From a virus, in UHGV virus genome UHGV-0116495: a stretch of 10,863 nucleotides of DNA; one strand, given 5' to 3'. Position numbers and translations under genes: made by a program. Shown here piece after piece: positions 1 through 8,464 of this stretch. The number at the start of each line of letters is the position of its first letter. Within the stretch, counting starts at the first letter, position 1. The notes below the pieces were generated by a model. It saw only the letters and a list, made by a program, of their open reading frames with translations. It was not told where the DNA came from and did not search any database.

Positions 1-87
1 TCTCCAATGACTAGTCTAAAAACTAGTATTAAGACTATCACTTATTTAAGTGATATTGGTTGTCTGGAGATTCAGGGGGCCAGTCTA
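1..87 (-). mobile_element. IS2: IS2 insertion sequence, terminal 87 bp of the left inverted-repeat end; the element continues beyond the window start
   Basis: Reverse complement of 1-87 reads TAGACTGGCCCCCTGAATCTCCAGACAACCAATATCACTTAAATAAGTGATAGTCTTAATACTAGTTTTTAGACTAGTCATTGGAGA, which matches my recollection of the IS2 left end just upstream of the insC start. Recalled from memory, not aligned. Confidence 0.8.
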
Positions 88-1122
88 CAGACCAATTAAT
101 GCATCTCTAAAAACACAGGCCGTTATCTCATGATTATGATAAGCAACTGTTTGCTGTGACCTGTCTCCATATTCAATACACGTGCAATTTGAAGCTGAGC
201 CATCAATGTCAATATACGAAATAGATGTCTGTTTTTTCTTTCTCACATCAACAATAGGATCTGCATATCCAATAGTATGGTCATCTGCTAGCTTAAGTGT
301 AGATTTAAGATTAAAACCTGATGAAGAGTAAGCCCACGCAGATTTGATGCCTGTGAGAGCCTTGTTATCTTGCATAACTACAGGTGTCTTAATAAACAAA
401 TACCTGTCTACTAGCACCTCAACCCCATACGGACTGTTCAGAGCTTTATTTATTGGTATAGCGTTATCGGTTTCGGGACCTGGCTTAGCTCCGTAAAAAA
501 TCGCATTCAGAGGTCCATTGAAAGTCCCAGCATACAATCCATCCCTCACAACCTGACCTACCGCTCCAGTATTAATGACAATACCATCATCTGGAGCTAG
601 GTTTCGATTGCTGTAATATGTGAAACGCCCCCCAGCTAAATCGCCAGTTTCGAATCCGTATTTCGCTATAATAATTGTTCCGTCTTCAAAATCATCTCCT
701 GTTTCGGCAGCAATATCTACGTATCTGAATCCTAGTCCGCCAATAAGTGTATATCCATTTTCCCCTTCAATTAACCCCCTAAATTGATCTGGGTCATACT
801 TAATTATGTTTGGATAGTAGAACTGCTGTGTACCATACGCATCATAAACAGCCATAGAATGGCCTTGCACAGTTACGAACTTGGCAATCTGTCCGTTATA
901 TACCGGATATCCAGCAGCATTAATGATGATTGGTTGCGGAACAGGAACGTGAGAGCCGTCTTCGTTCTCCACATAAACCTGAATCTGGTTTTCAGGATTT
1001 ACCGGGTCAGTGTCAATTTTACCGATATAAATTTTGCCATTAGCTACGGCTTTAAAAGAACGCGCCATAGTGAAGAGTTGCGAAGGCATCGATACGATCA
1101 CATTGGCTGTAATGTCTGTCAT
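85..1122 (-). pseudogene. P22-like tailspike (gp9 family): conserved N-terminal head-binding domain plus part of a non-P22 receptor-binding domain, truncated at codon 345 by IS2
   Basis: N-terminus [46 protein letters not shown] closely resembles the P22/Sf6/HK620 tailspike head-binding domain. At 345 aa it is about half the length of known tailspikes. The stop codon TAG (85-87) is the first three bases of the IS2 end. RBS TGGAG lies upstream of the ATG at 1122. Confidence 0.75.
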
Positions 1123-1257
1123 TTAATTTGCTCCAGATACAAGGAATCGCCGCAGCATGGCTACGGTTGGTATTTGTTTGGTTTTTGAACTACGAAAATT
1201 TCGTAGTGCTATCCATCAAGGCCATCGCCGCTTAGTTGCTGCGGTGAATTTTGGGCA

Positions 1258-1282
1258 TAAAAAAACCCAGCCGAAGCTGGGT
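1258..1282 (-). terminator. Rho-independent terminator downstream of ant
   Basis: On the - strand: 7-bp stem ACCCAGC/GCTGGGT (1265-1271 and 1276-1282) with loop CGAA, followed by a run of seven U (complement of the A-run at 1259-1265). Confidence 0.6.
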
Positions 1283-1300
1283 CGTTGCGTTGGTTATCTG

Positions 1301-2179
1301 TCAGTAGTTATGTACTGAAGGAGGCAATTCTTTATTCTTAAGTCTCATCCATGCGGAAAGATTCGTTGGTCCGTCTGGCTCATTAATATCAACATCTCGT
1401 GTGTGGTTTATTAAAACGTCTCTCGCCATTCCGATAACATACGAGAATTCATGACCGTAGTCGTAGCATCTGCCGGAATAGTTCGATTGAATTTGTTTTA
1501 GCGCCGGATACAGTTCGCGGAATAATGCCTGTGAGCGGTTGGCATAATCCCATAACCATACAAGGCTGTTTGCTTCTTTTGCAGAAAGCTCGTTGGTTTT
1601 CTTCTCTTGTTTGCCAATGAACTCACCTTCAAGCACTACCCTGTGGATGTACTCTACGGCCAGCGGGATTTGTTCAATTGAAAGTTCATCAATGCTGTCA
1701 ATACCAAAACGCTGATGAACCATATTGTATGCATCGTCATAGCGAAGTCCTTTCTTTCCTACCAGCATGTTTACTGCATCGCGTAGCGGTGTTCTTTCCT
1801 CAACAGTGGTTTTCTTTCCTTTTACATACTCGCCATGTTTGCGAATTGAAGGCAGAACTTCTGCTGTTACCCACTTGCGGAATTTGTGCGGGACTGAACC
1901 TTTATTGACTGCATCGCGGCAGCGCAGAACCAATGTATACATACCTGATTCGCTCACAATGCTTAGATTCTGCTCACCACCAAGGGTGTAACTTAAAGTT
2001 ACTCCCTTTTCATCGTCATCAAGTGCAGTAAGCGCCTTGCGTGAGTTAGTCAAATCTAAAGCATCACAAACATCTTTAGCTACAAACCACGGCTCACCGC
2101 ACTTGTTGATGACGCGGATTTCACTGTCGCCGAATTTGAAGATGGTGAAATCGTTTTGTGCCTTTGCTATACTTTTCAT
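1301..2179 (-). CDS. ant: Antirepressor Ant (immI region), 292 aa
   Basis: Sits immediately downstream of arc on the same strand and upstream of the tailspike, as in P22 immI. Size is close to P22 Ant. AGGAAA RBS upstream of the ATG at 2179. The N-terminal region has the look of a Bro-N/AntA-type domain. Confidence 0.85.
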   Translation of the reverse strand: MKSIAKAQNDFTIFKFGDSEIRVINKCGEPWFVAKDVCDALDLTNSRKALTALDDDEKGVTLSYTLGGEQNLSIVSESGMYTLVLRCRDAVNKGSVPHKFRKWVTAEVLPSIRKHGEYVKGKKTTVEERTPLRDAVNMLVGKKGLRYDDAYNMVHQRFGIDSIDELSIEQIPLAVEYIHRVVLEGEFIGKQEKKTNELSAKEANSLVWLWDYANRSQALFRELYPALKQIQSNYSGRCYDYGHEFSYVIGMARDVLINHTRDVDINEPDGPTNLSAWMRLKNKELPPSVHNY

Positions 2180-2247
2180 GTCAATATTTCCTAATCCGAT
2201 TTGTTGATGCCGAAGCCCTGACTGTTACAGCAGTTGGGGCTTCAACT

Positions 2248-2409
2248 TTACGCACCAATGCGCCCTTCCTTCTTAAAGCTTTCCATTACTCGCTGATAAA
2301 TCTCAGAATTAACAGACCGACCATTTTCTTCCGCCACCTTGCGTACCAAATCCAATACTTCTTTAGGCCACCGCAAATTGAACTGTGGCATTTTGCTCAT
2401 TCCTTTCAT
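2248..2409 (-). CDS. arc: Arc repressor (ribbon-helix-helix), 53 aa
   Basis: Translation MKGMSKMPQFNLRWPKEVLDLVRKVAEENGRSVNSEIYQRVMESFKKEGRIGA is essentially the P22 Arc sequence as I recall it (one R/K difference). GAGGTGA RBS 5 nt upstream of the ATG at 2409. The longer track ORF starting at 2472 begins inside the operator and is rejected. Confidence 0.9.
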   Translation of the reverse strand: MKGMSKMPQFNLRWPKEVLDLVRKVAEENGRSVNSEIYQRVMESFKKEGRIGA

Positions 2410-2425
2410 GTTCACCTCACAATAT

Positions 2426-2442
2426 AGGTCCACGGTGGACCT
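2426..2442. promoter_or_regulatory. Mnt operator (Omnt), 17-bp perfect palindrome AGGTCCACGGTGGACCT
   Basis: Exact match to the P22 Mnt operator as I recall it; lies just downstream of the Pant -10. Confidence 0.8.
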
Positions 2443-2448
2443 ATTGAG

Positions 2449-2477
2449 AATATAGTAGAGTGCTTCTATCATGTCAA
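2449..2477 (-). promoter_or_regulatory. Pant promoter (-35 TTGACA, 17-bp spacer, -10 TATATT) driving arc-ant
   Basis: On the - strand: TTGACA (complement of 2472-2477), a 17-bp spacer containing Oarc, then TATATT (complement of 2449-2454). Omnt overlaps the expected transcription start. Confidence 0.7.
2452..2472. promoter_or_regulatory. Arc operator (Oarc), 21 bp ATAGTAGAGTGCTTCTATCAT
   Basis: Matches the P22 Arc operator with TAGA/TCTA half-sites; located between the -35 and -10 of Pant. Confidence 0.8.
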
Positions 2478-2499
2478 TACACTAACTTGGAGTGATGGC

Positions 2500-2754
2500 A
2501 TGGCTAGAGATGATCCGCACTTTAACTTCCGTATGCCTTTGGAAGTAAGAGAAAAATTGAAATTAAGAGCCGAGGCTAACGGAAGGTCAATGAACTCTGA
2601 GTTATTACAAATCGTTCAGGATGCACTATCAAAACCATCACCGATTACAGGATATCGCGACGAAGCTGAACGCTTGGCTGATCAGCAGGCTGAGCAGTTC
2701 AAGGCTATAGTGTTTGAGACACTTAAAAAGATTTATGAAAAGGATTTGAAATGA
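2500..2754 (+). CDS. mnt: Mnt repressor (ribbon-helix-helix), 84 aa
   Basis: N-terminus MARDDPHFNFRMPLEVREKLKLRAEANGRSMNSELLQIVQDALSKPSP matches P22 Mnt as I recall it. GGAGTGA RBS upstream. Divergent from arc-ant across the operator region. Confidence 0.9.
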   Translation: MARDDPHFNFRMPLEVREKLKLRAEANGRSMNSELLQIVQDALSKPSPITGYRDEAERLADQQAEQFKAIVFETLKKIYEKDLK

Positions 2755-3086
2755 GATTTCTATCACTGTTCTTGTTAGCAGTTGTCTCTTCTTCCAGTGC
2801 TGAGCTGCGCGAGCTTCAAACGGGTAATGACCTTCTTTACAACATTCAACAAGGTAAAAAGGGTGATGATTTTTCATCGCTTTACATTACTGGATATTTG
2901 CGCGGAGTAACTGACTCATTGATACTAATTGGTTCTCTATGTCCTCCTGATGGCGTTGACATGTATCAATACACCGATATCGTTGAGAAATATCTAAACA
3001 AAAACCCAGAATCAAGAAATGAGAGTGCAGTTATACTAACCGCCCTAGCAGTAGGAAAAACATTTCCGTGCAAAAAGAATCAATAA
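2751..3086 (+). CDS. Small secreted protein, 111 aa: predicted Sec signal peptide, two Cys in the mature part, family unknown
   Basis: Start ATG overlaps the mnt stop (ATGA at 2751-2754), implying translational coupling. N-terminus MRFLSLFLLAVVSSSSA-ELRE looks like a cleavable signal peptide. Mature part has two Cys (LCPPDG and FPCKK). Visibly AT-richer than the flanking late genes. Confidence 0.55.
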   Translation: MRFLSLFLLAVVSSSSAELRELQTGNDLLYNIQQGKKGDDFSSLYITGYLRGVTDSLILIGSLCPPDGVDMYQYTDIVEKYLNKNPESRNESAVILTALAVGKTFPCKKNQ

Positions 3087-3101
3087 CAATAAGGGCTTAA
3101 A

Positions 3102-3491
3102 ATGAAATTGATTATAGCAATGGCTTTCCTTGTCTTCTCGTTTTCTGTCTCAGCAGAGTGCTGGGTCGTTGGAGATATGCACGGAATAAGCTATTCAGAA
3201 CGAAATAATTTTCAACCGGAAGAAGATGGTTTTAGTGGAACATTCATCATTAAGACAAACGATGAAGATGCCAGTATCACATATTCTGGGACGGATGCGG
3301 GCGGCATGGCTTACAAAGCATTGTCTAAAAACTCCATCATTGGAATCGGTGCGAATGGCGAAACTCAACGAGTTATCGACTCATGGGTAATACATCCTAA
3401 TGGAACAGTTTTAATGTCGAAAACCATTTCTGGTTATGGGAATATGGATTCAACCAAAGCTTTTGTTGGAAAAGTAAAAAGAAAATGTTAA
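3102..3491 (+). CDS. Small secreted protein, 129 aa: predicted Sec signal peptide, Cys near both ends of the mature part, family unknown
   Basis: AAGGG RBS 7 nt upstream of the ATG. N-terminus MKLIIAMAFLVFSFSVSA-ECW looks like a signal peptide without a lipobox. Gly/Ser/Thr-rich, probably mostly beta. Same strand as, and 15 bp after, the previous ORF. AT-rich. Confidence 0.55.
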   Translation: MKLIIAMAFLVFSFSVSAECWVVGDMHGISYSERNNFQPEEDGFSGTFIIKTNDEDASITYSGTDAGGMAYKALSKNSIIGIGANGETQRVIDSWVIHPNGTVLMSKTISGYGNMDSTKAFVGKVKRKC

Positions 3492-3515
3492 CGATTGAAT
3501 CCAATTCCCCATACG

Positions 3516-5357
3516 TTACTGCTGTGTTGCCTCAGTAGCAAGCAGCGGCCTGATGGCATTTGCAGCGTTACTCAACGCTCTTTCATAGGCTGGCGTTCCA
3601 GCTTTAGTGTTTGCCAGACGTAAGAGAGCATTCCTTGCTGCTTTGGACTCATACAAACGCATCATTGCACCAAAGCCAGCCTCAAGCCCCATTGATACAC
3701 CAAGAGTCGCAGTTGCGCCAATCGTCCTTATCCTGTTGGCTTGTGATTGCCCCGTCTGAGTTACTACATTTGCGGTGTCTGACCTTGCTGTTTGCTGTAG
3801 AACTTCATGAAGAGCATCAAGCTCTTTCATGTGCTTTCCAGAAAAAATAGTGTTGTAAATTTCACCGCCTGACTGAGATTTCAGCTTATTAACTTCAGTG
3901 ATGAACTTGGCTGGAGAGTCACCGGCCTTTTCCGCTATTTTGCTGACGTAAGCTGCACGCATAGCATCTTTCCCTTTATCATCCAGGGCGCTCCATATTC
4001 GTTTCACGTCAGATGGTTTTCTGCTTAATACAACGGTATTTATAAGTTCAGGACTGGCTTCACTGCTTGCCTTGTTGAGCTTGTTAGCAATGTTTTTATT
4101 AAGCACCTTATTATAAACGTTTGCATAATCGGAATTTGCTTTAAGGTATTTTGCTGCGTCTGATGCACCGAGGTTTTTAGCAACTGCGTTACGAAGGTCT
4201 TTTGACATTGCATTCTCTACCATATTGGTAGCTGCTTTTGCCTGGTTGGGGAAGACCATAGCATCTCCCTGAACATTAGATCTAAATGCTGTTCTGTGCT
4301 GACGCAAGAGATCAAACGTAACATCCAAATCAGTTGCAGGGTTTGCTAATTCTTCACGTAGGTTACGCAAGGATGTAAGCAGGCTTTGATTGGCAGACGT
4401 CCCAAGCCGTTCCTGTCTTGCGATCGCTGTATTCAGAGCATTCATGGTATTTGTGGTATCAACTGCGGCATTACCCATTTTATTGGTGACGTCATTGATA
4501 ACAGCGCCAGCGGCATCCTTCCGCCCCCTTAACGTGGTGGTAAGAGATTTCACCACATCATCAGGGTTGTACTCACCAAAACGGTCAAAATAATTACTTA
4601 CCAGCTTACTACGCGTTGCATATTGCTCCGCTCGCTTTGAGCCTGTCCCGAGCAAAGCCCCCTCGGCATCCTGAGTTAGGCCGCGAGTGAAAGCATTTTT
4701 CGGCGGGATAACATCAGATGTCATTGGTGTCACGCCCATCGATTCTGATGTGGCAATTTTCTTCGCCACTTCTGGCGCAATATCACCTTTTATAGCCGTT
4801 ATTCCACGCCCTATTCCCTTTGCTGCTGCGGAAAGAACACCCTGAGTGGCAAGGTTAACTCCGGCATTTTTAGCTGCATTTTGTGCGAAATCGCCTTTCT
4901 GATTTGCGGCCTCTGCCAGTGATCCAATAGCCATGCTTCCTGCCGTTCCAACTCCTGGAACTAAATACCCACCAATTGTTTCACCGGCTTGCGCGTAGGG
5001 GTCTGTCGGTCTGTCTACTGGACGATAAACATCATCCAAAACCTTGGGTCCACCAAGCCCCTGACTGATTGCATTAATCAGACTTGCGCCGCCCTGCAAT
5101 ACGTCAAATGGTATGTTTACCAGACCACGACCAGCCTGTTCTGCAATTTGCCCTGCACTTTGACCACCAGTGAGCCAATCGCCAGCTTGTTGGATCAATG
5201 ATGGTTCTTCCCGTGTTGGTGCATTATTGGCCTGATTAACTGTTTGTTGCTGAACAGCCTGACCAGCAAAATACTCATCAATGGCGGTGCCAATATCTTC
5301 GGTGCTCGTACCATCAGGAAAGGTAAATGTCTTACCGTTTGCAGTTACTTTCATCAT
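3516..5357 (-). CDS. gp16: P22 gp16-like ejection (injection) protein, 613 aa
   Basis: Position and size match P22 gene 16 (about 609 aa) in the 7-20-16 order. Start ATG overlaps the gp20 stop (ATGA). Ala/Gly-rich composition typical of ejection proteins. Confidence 0.85.
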   Translation of the reverse strand: MMKVTANGKTFTFPDGTSTEDIGTAIDEYFAGQAVQQQTVNQANNAPTREEPSLIQQAGDWLTGGQSAGQIAEQAGRGLVNIPFDVLQGGASLINAISQGLGGPKVLDDVYRPVDRPTDPYAQAGETIGGYLVPGVGTAGSMAIGSLAEAANQKGDFAQNAAKNAGVNLATQGVLSAAAKGIGRGITAIKGDIAPEVAKKIATSESMGVTPMTSDVIPPKNAFTRGLTQDAEGALLGTGSKRAEQYATRSKLVSNYFDRFGEYNPDDVVKSLTTTLRGRKDAAGAVINDVTNKMGNAAVDTTNTMNALNTAIARQERLGTSANQSLLTSLRNLREELANPATDLDVTFDLLRQHRTAFRSNVQGDAMVFPNQAKAATNMVENAMSKDLRNAVAKNLGASDAAKYLKANSDYANVYNKVLNKNIANKLNKASSEASPELINTVVLSRKPSDVKRIWSALDDKGKDAMRAAYVSKIAEKAGDSPAKFITEVNKLKSQSGGEIYNTIFSGKHMKELDALHEVLQQTARSDTANVVTQTGQSQANRIRTIGATATLGVSMGLEAGFGAMMRLYESKAARNALLRLANTKAGTPAYERALSNAANAIRPLLATEATQQ

Positions 5358-6769
5358 TCCACCGTAAATTGAATGCCTGATTTTGAGGTATATGATCCAA
5401 CCTGATTCCGTGGTTCTCCTGAAGGTGTCGAATCTTGTGCTGGCGCTGCGTCAGTATTCATTGACATATACCGCTTAACGGCACTCCCCAATGATTCACC
5501 TTTTTTAACATCCAACCCCAATATCTGACCGCCATTACGCGATTGTCCAGGGTTGCCATTCGCGCTCATCCACTCGGCTTTAAACTCATTAAACTGCGCG
5601 TTTCGTCGCTCAAGGTTTGCCATTGCATCAAGCCATCTTGCGACCGTCTCAGGGTTATCCATGTCAGTTGGCGCACCCTGTCGAACGATCTCAACGTCTT
5701 TATCCGTTGCTGGGCCGGGAGGTAGGAATTTAAGAACCTGACTGTTAACAAGGGCATTTTGGCGAATGCGCAAATCACGCAATGTTGTATCGCTTCCGGT
5801 AAGTTTTGCGAACATGTTCTGTGCGTTACCGAACAAACCTGTCGTTGGTTTTTCTGCTCTGAACTGTTGAGCAAGCGCACTCATAGAATTGGCTGAGTTT
5901 GATGATGCTGTAGCATTGTTTACAGCCGTCTCGATGCCTTTTTCCATGTTTACTGACAGCTTAGGTGCTTCGCTAATCAACTGCTGAGCCTTTTCCTGCG
6001 CTTGCTGCATCTTAAACCCGAACTCTTGCTGATCCAGAGCCAAGCGTTGTGCTGCGATATTGTGCCCAGTCATTGCTGACTGATAGGAAAGGTTTTGCCC
6101 TCTCGCCTGAAGTGCTTCACCAGCCTGATTGCTGCGGATTGTCTCTGCCAGCCTGCCTCGGTCAATCTCACGACCAGCCATCTTGTCCTGAACAGCAAAC
6201 GCCTTTTCTGGCCCAAGTGCACCGAGAGACATAGTAGTCAGCATGTGTGATAGCTGCTCTGGATTCTGGATACCTGTCTGAATCATCCAGTCAGCATTCG
6301 CACCCACGCGATTTAACCTGTCCTTGTTGTCAGTAATGAATTTACTGTAGGCTTCCGGTCCCTGGGAAAGAGCGACGTTAGCCCTCATGGCTAAATCGCC
6401 CATATCGTTGCGTTGCTGCTCATTAAGACCGGAAAACGCCTGTTGTGCCTGTGCAACAAACGCTGGATTTTCCTGGGCAAACTTAAATAGTCCAGATGGA
6501 TCACCAGAAGCCCATGCATCAGCGTGAACCTTATTGAACGCACTAATAGCTTTCTGTTGCTGTTCCTGATTGTAAATATCAGCAACTCCAGCCAGACCAC
6601 GTAACGCGGTCAGACCAATGTTATTTGCACCTGAGCGAGCCAGTTCATTGTTTTCGCGGATCAGACCAAACGTTGCGTTAATGTCGCTTGCCTTTGGCGC
6701 ATTCTCATTTTGCGTACCGATGCCAGCCAGAAAACCACCAGAATTAATACCCTGTTGCCACGTAGCCAT
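5354..6769 (-). CDS. gp20: P22 gp20-like ejection protein, 471 aa
   Basis: Same length as P22 gp20 (471 aa as I recall); sits between the gp7 and gp16 homologues. AGGGGT RBS upstream. Confidence 0.85.
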   Translation of the reverse strand: MATWQQGINSGGFLAGIGTQNENAPKASDINATFGLIRENNELARSGANNIGLTALRGLAGVADIYNQEQQQKAISAFNKVHADAWASGDPSGLFKFAQENPAFVAQAQQAFSGLNEQQRNDMGDLAMRANVALSQGPEAYSKFITDNKDRLNRVGANADWMIQTGIQNPEQLSHMLTTMSLGALGPEKAFAVQDKMAGREIDRGRLAETIRSNQAGEALQARGQNLSYQSAMTGHNIAAQRLALDQQEFGFKMQQAQEKAQQLISEAPKLSVNMEKGIETAVNNATASSNSANSMSALAQQFRAEKPTTGLFGNAQNMFAKLTGSDTTLRDLRIRQNALVNSQVLKFLPPGPATDKDVEIVRQGAPTDMDNPETVARWLDAMANLERRNAQFNEFKAEWMSANGNPGQSRNGGQILGLDVKKGESLGSAVKRYMSMNTDAAPAQDSTPSGEPRNQVGSYTSKSGIQFTVE

Positions 6770-6779
6770 TGATTACCCC

Positions 6780-7472
6780 TTAAAACAACGAGCCAAGCAG
6801 ACCAAGACCGCCGCCGATCGCAGCCCCCCACGGAGTTGATGAACCAATTAATTTCGCAAGTCCGGCCCCAGCAATAGCACCAGACGCACCTCCGCCAATA
6901 GCAGATTGCATTGCTGATGGTCTGTTGGCATTTGCCGCTGCAAGAGCCGCACTTTGCTGCGAAATCTGACTCATATTGTTGGCATATGTTTGCCCGGCGT
7001 TTGCCTGACCTTGCAGTGCGCCAAGACCAATATTTGCCAGATTCTGGTAGTTGTTCATCTGACCAGATAGCCATTGCTGACCAAGCGTTGGAGCGATTGT
7101 TGCTAACTGATTACCGGTTGCAGTGGAACCCAATCCACCTGTTGCTTCCGCTGCCGCCAGACTCTGATAGCGAGCCTGACCAGCAAGATCTTTGTACTGC
7201 TGAGAGTTGTAATACTGGTTAAGTGCCTGACCTTGCCCTTCCAGAGACGATAAGTTCTCGAGGCTGCCGACATACTTATCAGCCAGAGGAGTAAACGGCT
7301 TCAGGTTGTTCATGATGGTGTTGAACTGCTGATTTTGCAGGTCTGCGGCATACTTCTGGGCTTCTGCGGCATACTTTGCGCTTTTATCAGAACTGCCACC
7401 TTTCCCGCCTTTTTCAGGGCAATAAGGTTCCTCGCCACGCAGTTTTCTGCCCAGCTTAAATGCATATAACAT
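6780..7472 (-). CDS. gp7: P22 gp7-like ejection protein, 230 aa
   Basis: Length matches P22 gp7 (about 229 aa). Gly/Ala/Gln-rich with a hydrophobic Gly-rich C-terminus. GGGAG RBS upstream. Follows the gp14-position ORF with a 2-bp gap. Confidence 0.8.
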   Translation of the reverse strand: MLYAFKLGRKLRGEEPYCPEKGGKGGSSDKSAKYAAEAQKYAADLQNQQFNTIMNNLKPFTPLADKYVGSLENLSSLEGQGQALNQYYNSQQYKDLAGQARYQSLAAAEATGGLGSTATGNQLATIAPTLGQQWLSGQMNNYQNLANIGLGALQGQANAGQTYANNMSQISQQSAALAAANANRPSAMQSAIGGGASGAIAGAGLAKLIGSSTPWGAAIGGGLGLLGSLF

Positions 7473-7474
7473 GG

Positions 7475-7930
7475 CTATCTCCCGTGATTCAGGAATTCGA
7501 TTAGTTCTTCGCGTGTAGCACTGTAAAATGTCACGTCATCCACGCCTTTGAAGTATTTCTTGATGGTTCCTACACGCTTAAGTCCAATCATTGCGCAGTA
7601 CATCTGCCCGTGGCGGAATTTGCGTGCAGCGAACGATGTGACGCACTGAACGGTGGTGTTAGTCAGAATGTATCGCCAGAACGCCAGCCCGATTTCCTTG
7701 CTGAATCCGCGAATCTCTGGCAGGTACATGGCGTGGCAATCGAATGTAAGCGGCTGAATCTCCTGATAGTAAACAATGCCGCCGAACTGCCCGTGCACGT
7801 TCACCTCAAAGTAACGGCAATCAGGTTTGTAGTCGTATCCATCACCGTTGTTGCTCCCGGCAATAATGTCAGGGTGATTTCCGACTGCTTCGATCAGGTC
7901 GATGTTTCGCGTTGGTTTGAACTGAATCAT
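7475..7930 (-). CDS. gp14-position protein of the P22-like late operon, 151 aa (call is by synteny)
   Basis: Lies between the tail-needle fragment and gp7, where P22 has gene 14. Its ATG overlaps the stop of the upstream needle fragment by one base (TAATG). I do not recognise the sequence itself. Confidence 0.55.
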   Translation of the reverse strand: MIQFKPTRNIDLIEAVGNHPDIIAGSNNGDGYDYKPDCRYFEVNVHGQFGGIVYYQEIQPLTFDCHAMYLPEIRGFSKEIGLAFWRYILTNTTVQCVTSFAARKFRHGQMYCAMIGLKRVGTIKKYFKGVDDVTFYSATREELIEFLNHGR

Positions 7931-8403
7931 TACTGCTCCGCGATTATCTTGATGGTTGTGGCAGTAAACGCCGCACCATTAGACTGAATGGTTAACGTGC
8001 TGCCATTTGTGGCAAGAAAGCCGTCTTTATCCACACTGAAGAACGTAGCTAACAGGATGTTGTCGGTTGTTGTCGCCGCATTACGACTGCTGACCAACGT
8101 GTCAGGAACAGAGCCGGAAAAGGTTAGCTGCATTGACCTGTTGGTGGTTCCGCTGGGCCACGTCCCGACAATCGACAGCTTGAAGAACAAGGTTTTGTTC
8201 TCGTTGAACACAACCATCTTGTTGTTAACAGTGTCGAAGAATGGTGCCAACGTCCCGGATGACGGCGTGAGCGTTTTCAGCAGGCTAACAAGGTTGGTCG
8301 GCGCTGTCGGAATGGTTACTGATACGCCAGAGTAAACAACCTCTGACTTCTTGCGCGTGGTTGCATACTCCAGAGCATCAATGCGCGTTTCATGGTCTGA
8401 AAT
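7930..8403 (-). pseudogene. 3' fragment of the tail-needle gene (P22 gp26 family): end of the coiled coil plus C-terminal domain, about 157 codons, no start codon
   Basis: The in-frame region runs from the stop at 8404-8406 to the stop at 7930-7932. It contains ISDHETRIDALEY, resembling the DHE-containing heptad repeats of the gp26 coiled coil. There is no ATG or GTG before the TTG at 8250. The gene's 5' part, including the gp10-binding N-terminus, is absent. Stop overlaps the next gene's start as in an intact late operon. Confidence 0.6.
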
Positions 8404-8464
8404 CTATTGTTAATCTCCAATCAATGTTACGTTGTCATCTCACTCATGCTTTGGAGGTAGTGAT

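Noticed and set aside
784-2427. + strand ORFs opposite the tailspike, ant and arc (784-1188, 1678-1908, 1767-1991, 2158-2427)
   Set aside because: Antisense to well-supported genes; the only plausible + strand product here would be a short sar-like RNA, not a protein.
2410-2472. N-terminal extension of arc in the track ORF (74 aa, starting at 2472)
   Set aside because: The upstream ATG lies inside the Arc operator and promoter. Arc is 53 aa and begins MKGMSKM with a GAGGTGA RBS at the internal ATG (2409).
2638-2877. 79-aa ORF on the - strand overlapping mnt and the first secreted ORF
   Set aside because: Antisense to mnt, whose identity is well supported; no RBS.
3611-7222. Multiple 60-137 aa ORFs on either strand inside gp16, gp20 and gp7 (e.g. 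3611-3850, 4390-4593, 5566-5880, 6661-7074, 6911-7222)
   Set aside because: All are embedded in or antisense to long ORFs with strong phage synteny; no independent RBS or terminator evidence.
7610-8335. + strand ORFs (125 and 115 aa) opposite the gp14-position ORF and the needle fragment
   Set aside because: They are antisense to a translationally coupled late operon whose - strand frame carries needle-type coiled-coil repeats; likely shadow ORFs.
8432-8464. TTG start for the zinc-ribbon ORF (70-aa version)
   Set aside because: The ATG at 8465 is preceded by a GGAGG RBS at ideal spacing; the TTG at 8432 has no RBS.
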